This document shows, piece by piece, positions 61,794-64,000 of a DNA stretch of 64,000 nt. A program made the position numbers and the translations under genes. How positions within the stretch are numbered: position 1 is the first letter of the stretch; every line of letters starts with the position of its first letter. A model generated the notes under the pieces. The model was not told the origin of the DNA. It saw only the letters and a list, made by a program, of their open reading frames with translations, and did not search any database. Source of the stretch: Callorhinchus milii (taxonomy: Eukaryota); assembly GCF_018977255.1 (NCBI RefSeq), contig NW_024704744.1, positions 50,406,001 to 50,470,000 on the forward strand. The letters run 5' to 3'.

Positions 61794-62939
61794 ACGTATC
61801 CTAATAGCTTTTCATACTTCCCCTGCACCATCAAACGTGATGTTCCCTAGTGCTCTATCTCCTCTTTCATATCCACATGCTCTCACTTGGAGATTTCATC
61901 CCCAGGCATGGGGTTAACTTTATGACCTCCTTCTGCACTGTAGATTTCTATGTTTCTAGTTCTTGCGTACTGAACTTAATTTCCAAGTTGAGGCTGAATA
62001 TAGGAGTGTTTTCCAAGCTGCGCACCATCTTAAAATTTAAGACAATGGTTTTAAACCTCATTTGAACCCTAAGAGTGAGATCGTTATCTGATTTTTCTCC
62101 TTCCTAACCTGGGTTTGTGAAGCAACCCAACTGGTGTCTTTGCTGGGAGCAGGCAAGGTCATTTCTTCTGTAGTTTGTGGTGTTACCTTTGACTGCTTGT
62201 TGAGATTTCTGCCTTGTATTTATTATTCGGTGTGTAATTAAAACGATTACAAGAGCACTGTTCCTAATTCCATGTTTTCCGTGTGGGCGGCTTAAACTGA
62301 GTGCAGATGTGTAATTCCTGACTCCCCTTTCCCAGCTAGAGTGTACTGCAGTGACAGATGTGACCGGCTCACTCTGACTGACGAGGAGATTTGATGCCAG
62401 GAATTGGGATTGCTTAGATCAGAGAATGTTATTTCTTTAATCATTTTTCATTATTCTTTCAAATAAATCCTTATTTAGAATGAAAGGACTTAATATTTTA
62501 ATTACATCCAGCTGCGTTTTTTCAGCTTTATTAGTCAGTCCCTATTTCAGTTACTACAACAACAACAAAATTACATTTGTATAGCGCCTTTCACTAATAA
62601 GATGTTTTCAAGCAAGTGTATCTTTTTTCCTCCCCTATCTATTCCTTTTCTTCCCCTGGATAAATTTGAGTTTCTAACCTGCTGTTGCATTTGCTGGGAG
62701 TATAGACTGGCACTGGGCTGTGCCTTACAGTCTGGGCTTGTCTGTTCATCGACCTTATTGACAAATAAGGATGCACTTCCAATGCATGCAATGGCCTGAC
62801 TTACTCTAAACTCTTATTTAACCAGACCAGAGAAGCAGATGCATTTCCAAACCAAAATTTAAATGAACAAGGAGGATTCTCGAGATTGTTTGTTTGTTTA
62901 TTTATTGGCTTTTACCCGACTTGTTTGTATACTGTCACC

Positions 62940-63072
62940 ACTTTCAAAACCTTCCTCTTCAACCGCGCCCCTGCTCTTTCCCCTCAGCTCCCACACTCAG
63001 CTCGGACATCAAGTGTCTTGGGACGACTTCCGGACATGACATGTAATGTAAATTTGTAGAGTTTTGTGTTGT
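62940..63072 (+). mobile_element. L2 3' end fragment
   Basis: tcaaaaccttcctcttcaaccgcgcc..ttgggacgacttcc..; further short minus-strand tails at ~62557-62600 and ~63635-63695. Confidence 0.7.
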
Positions 63073-64000
63073 GGTGTGTAATTCAATAGAACCCTGTTAT
63101 TATGCAGCAGTTGGGGTGGTGGGGAGGGCATAAAATCCCGACCAATTTGAATTTTATAACACAGTTCCACAAAATATATATTGCATGAGGTGAGTTATAT
63201 CCTTGTTATAATTAGTGCAGTAATCATCATTGTGCTGCTGAATGAGTCAGTCTTGGTGTCTGATGTTAGAAAATTACTGCTGATGTTCAGCACCAATAAT
63301 CTTTCCACCCTTTGATGCATTCTTGGGGTTCAGGCAACCATGCTGAACTACTTGAACTTAACTCTCAAGGTTTATGCTGTGCTCTGATTCCCTCTGTTAC
63401 TGCCTTGTAGTGTACTCCAGGTTTTGTACTCCTATATGGAACGATGTGTAGTGGGTTTCTTCAAACTTGATTGAAGCTATGTGTCCATTTCAAGTAACAG
63501 GAACTTATAATTTGGAGCTTATTAAGGATAAGGCTAGACACGTTTAATACAGGTTTCTCGTCTTCTATTTCATTGTTGGAAGTGGCTAGCATTAAATAGC
63601 TTTAAGAATGCTGATCCATGCAGAAATTTCTTTCAACAACAAGAACTTACATTTATATAGCGCCCTTCACCTGAGGTAGTTTCTCGAAGCGCTGAAATAC
63701 TTTCCTTGACATAAAAATTTCTACAATAAGAGTGGCAATGTTTTGTGTAAGCAGTAAGGATAGTTATTCTACTGCTAGATTAACAATCGGAGAAAAAAAG
63801 ATATGATTTCTCACCGCTGATTACAAATCTGGGCTCCTAGTGTACTAATCCTTAAAATGGTGATCATTTCCTTGAGTCTGCTGACTGATTCTGAGTTTAT
63901 GTTTAGCAAGGTATGAACTGTGTCTTTAATTCTGAACTCGCTATGATCACATGTACTGAGGCCGAGAGTGGTGGTAACATTGCTGTTTATACAAATTGAT

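Overview
Vertebrate non-coding DNA, most likely from a cartilaginous fish. The repeat content resembles a chimaera such as Callorhinchus; this is inferred from repeats only. No intact host protein-coding exon could be supported. The window is dominated by decayed non-LTR retroelements: L2 LINEs, CR1 LINEs, a younger tRNA(Ala)-headed SINE with an L2-type tail, and older Deu-domain SINEs. A ~3 kb CpG island (~25.5-28.4 kb) with NRF1, E-box and CRE motifs and + strand splice donors looks like the promoter and non-coding first exon(s) of an unidentified gene, whose long first intron probably fills the right half. Main observations: (1) a minimal, dimer-type hammerhead ribozyme in a Penelope-like repeat at 10.9 kb, with a decayed second copy at 60.5 kb; (2) an L2-in-L2 insertion whose own 5' junction was copied back inverted into its 3' end, giving ~290-bp inverted arms; (3) a SINE relic at the island edge with one-directional A/T->G/C substitutions, a signature of GC-biased gene conversion; (4) a mosaic multi-template insertion at 53.9-54.06 kb; (5) internally deleted CR1 copies; (6) a small TIR/TSD element at 39.9 kb. 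Family names come from motif recognition, not database searches, and boundaries of old repeats are approximate.
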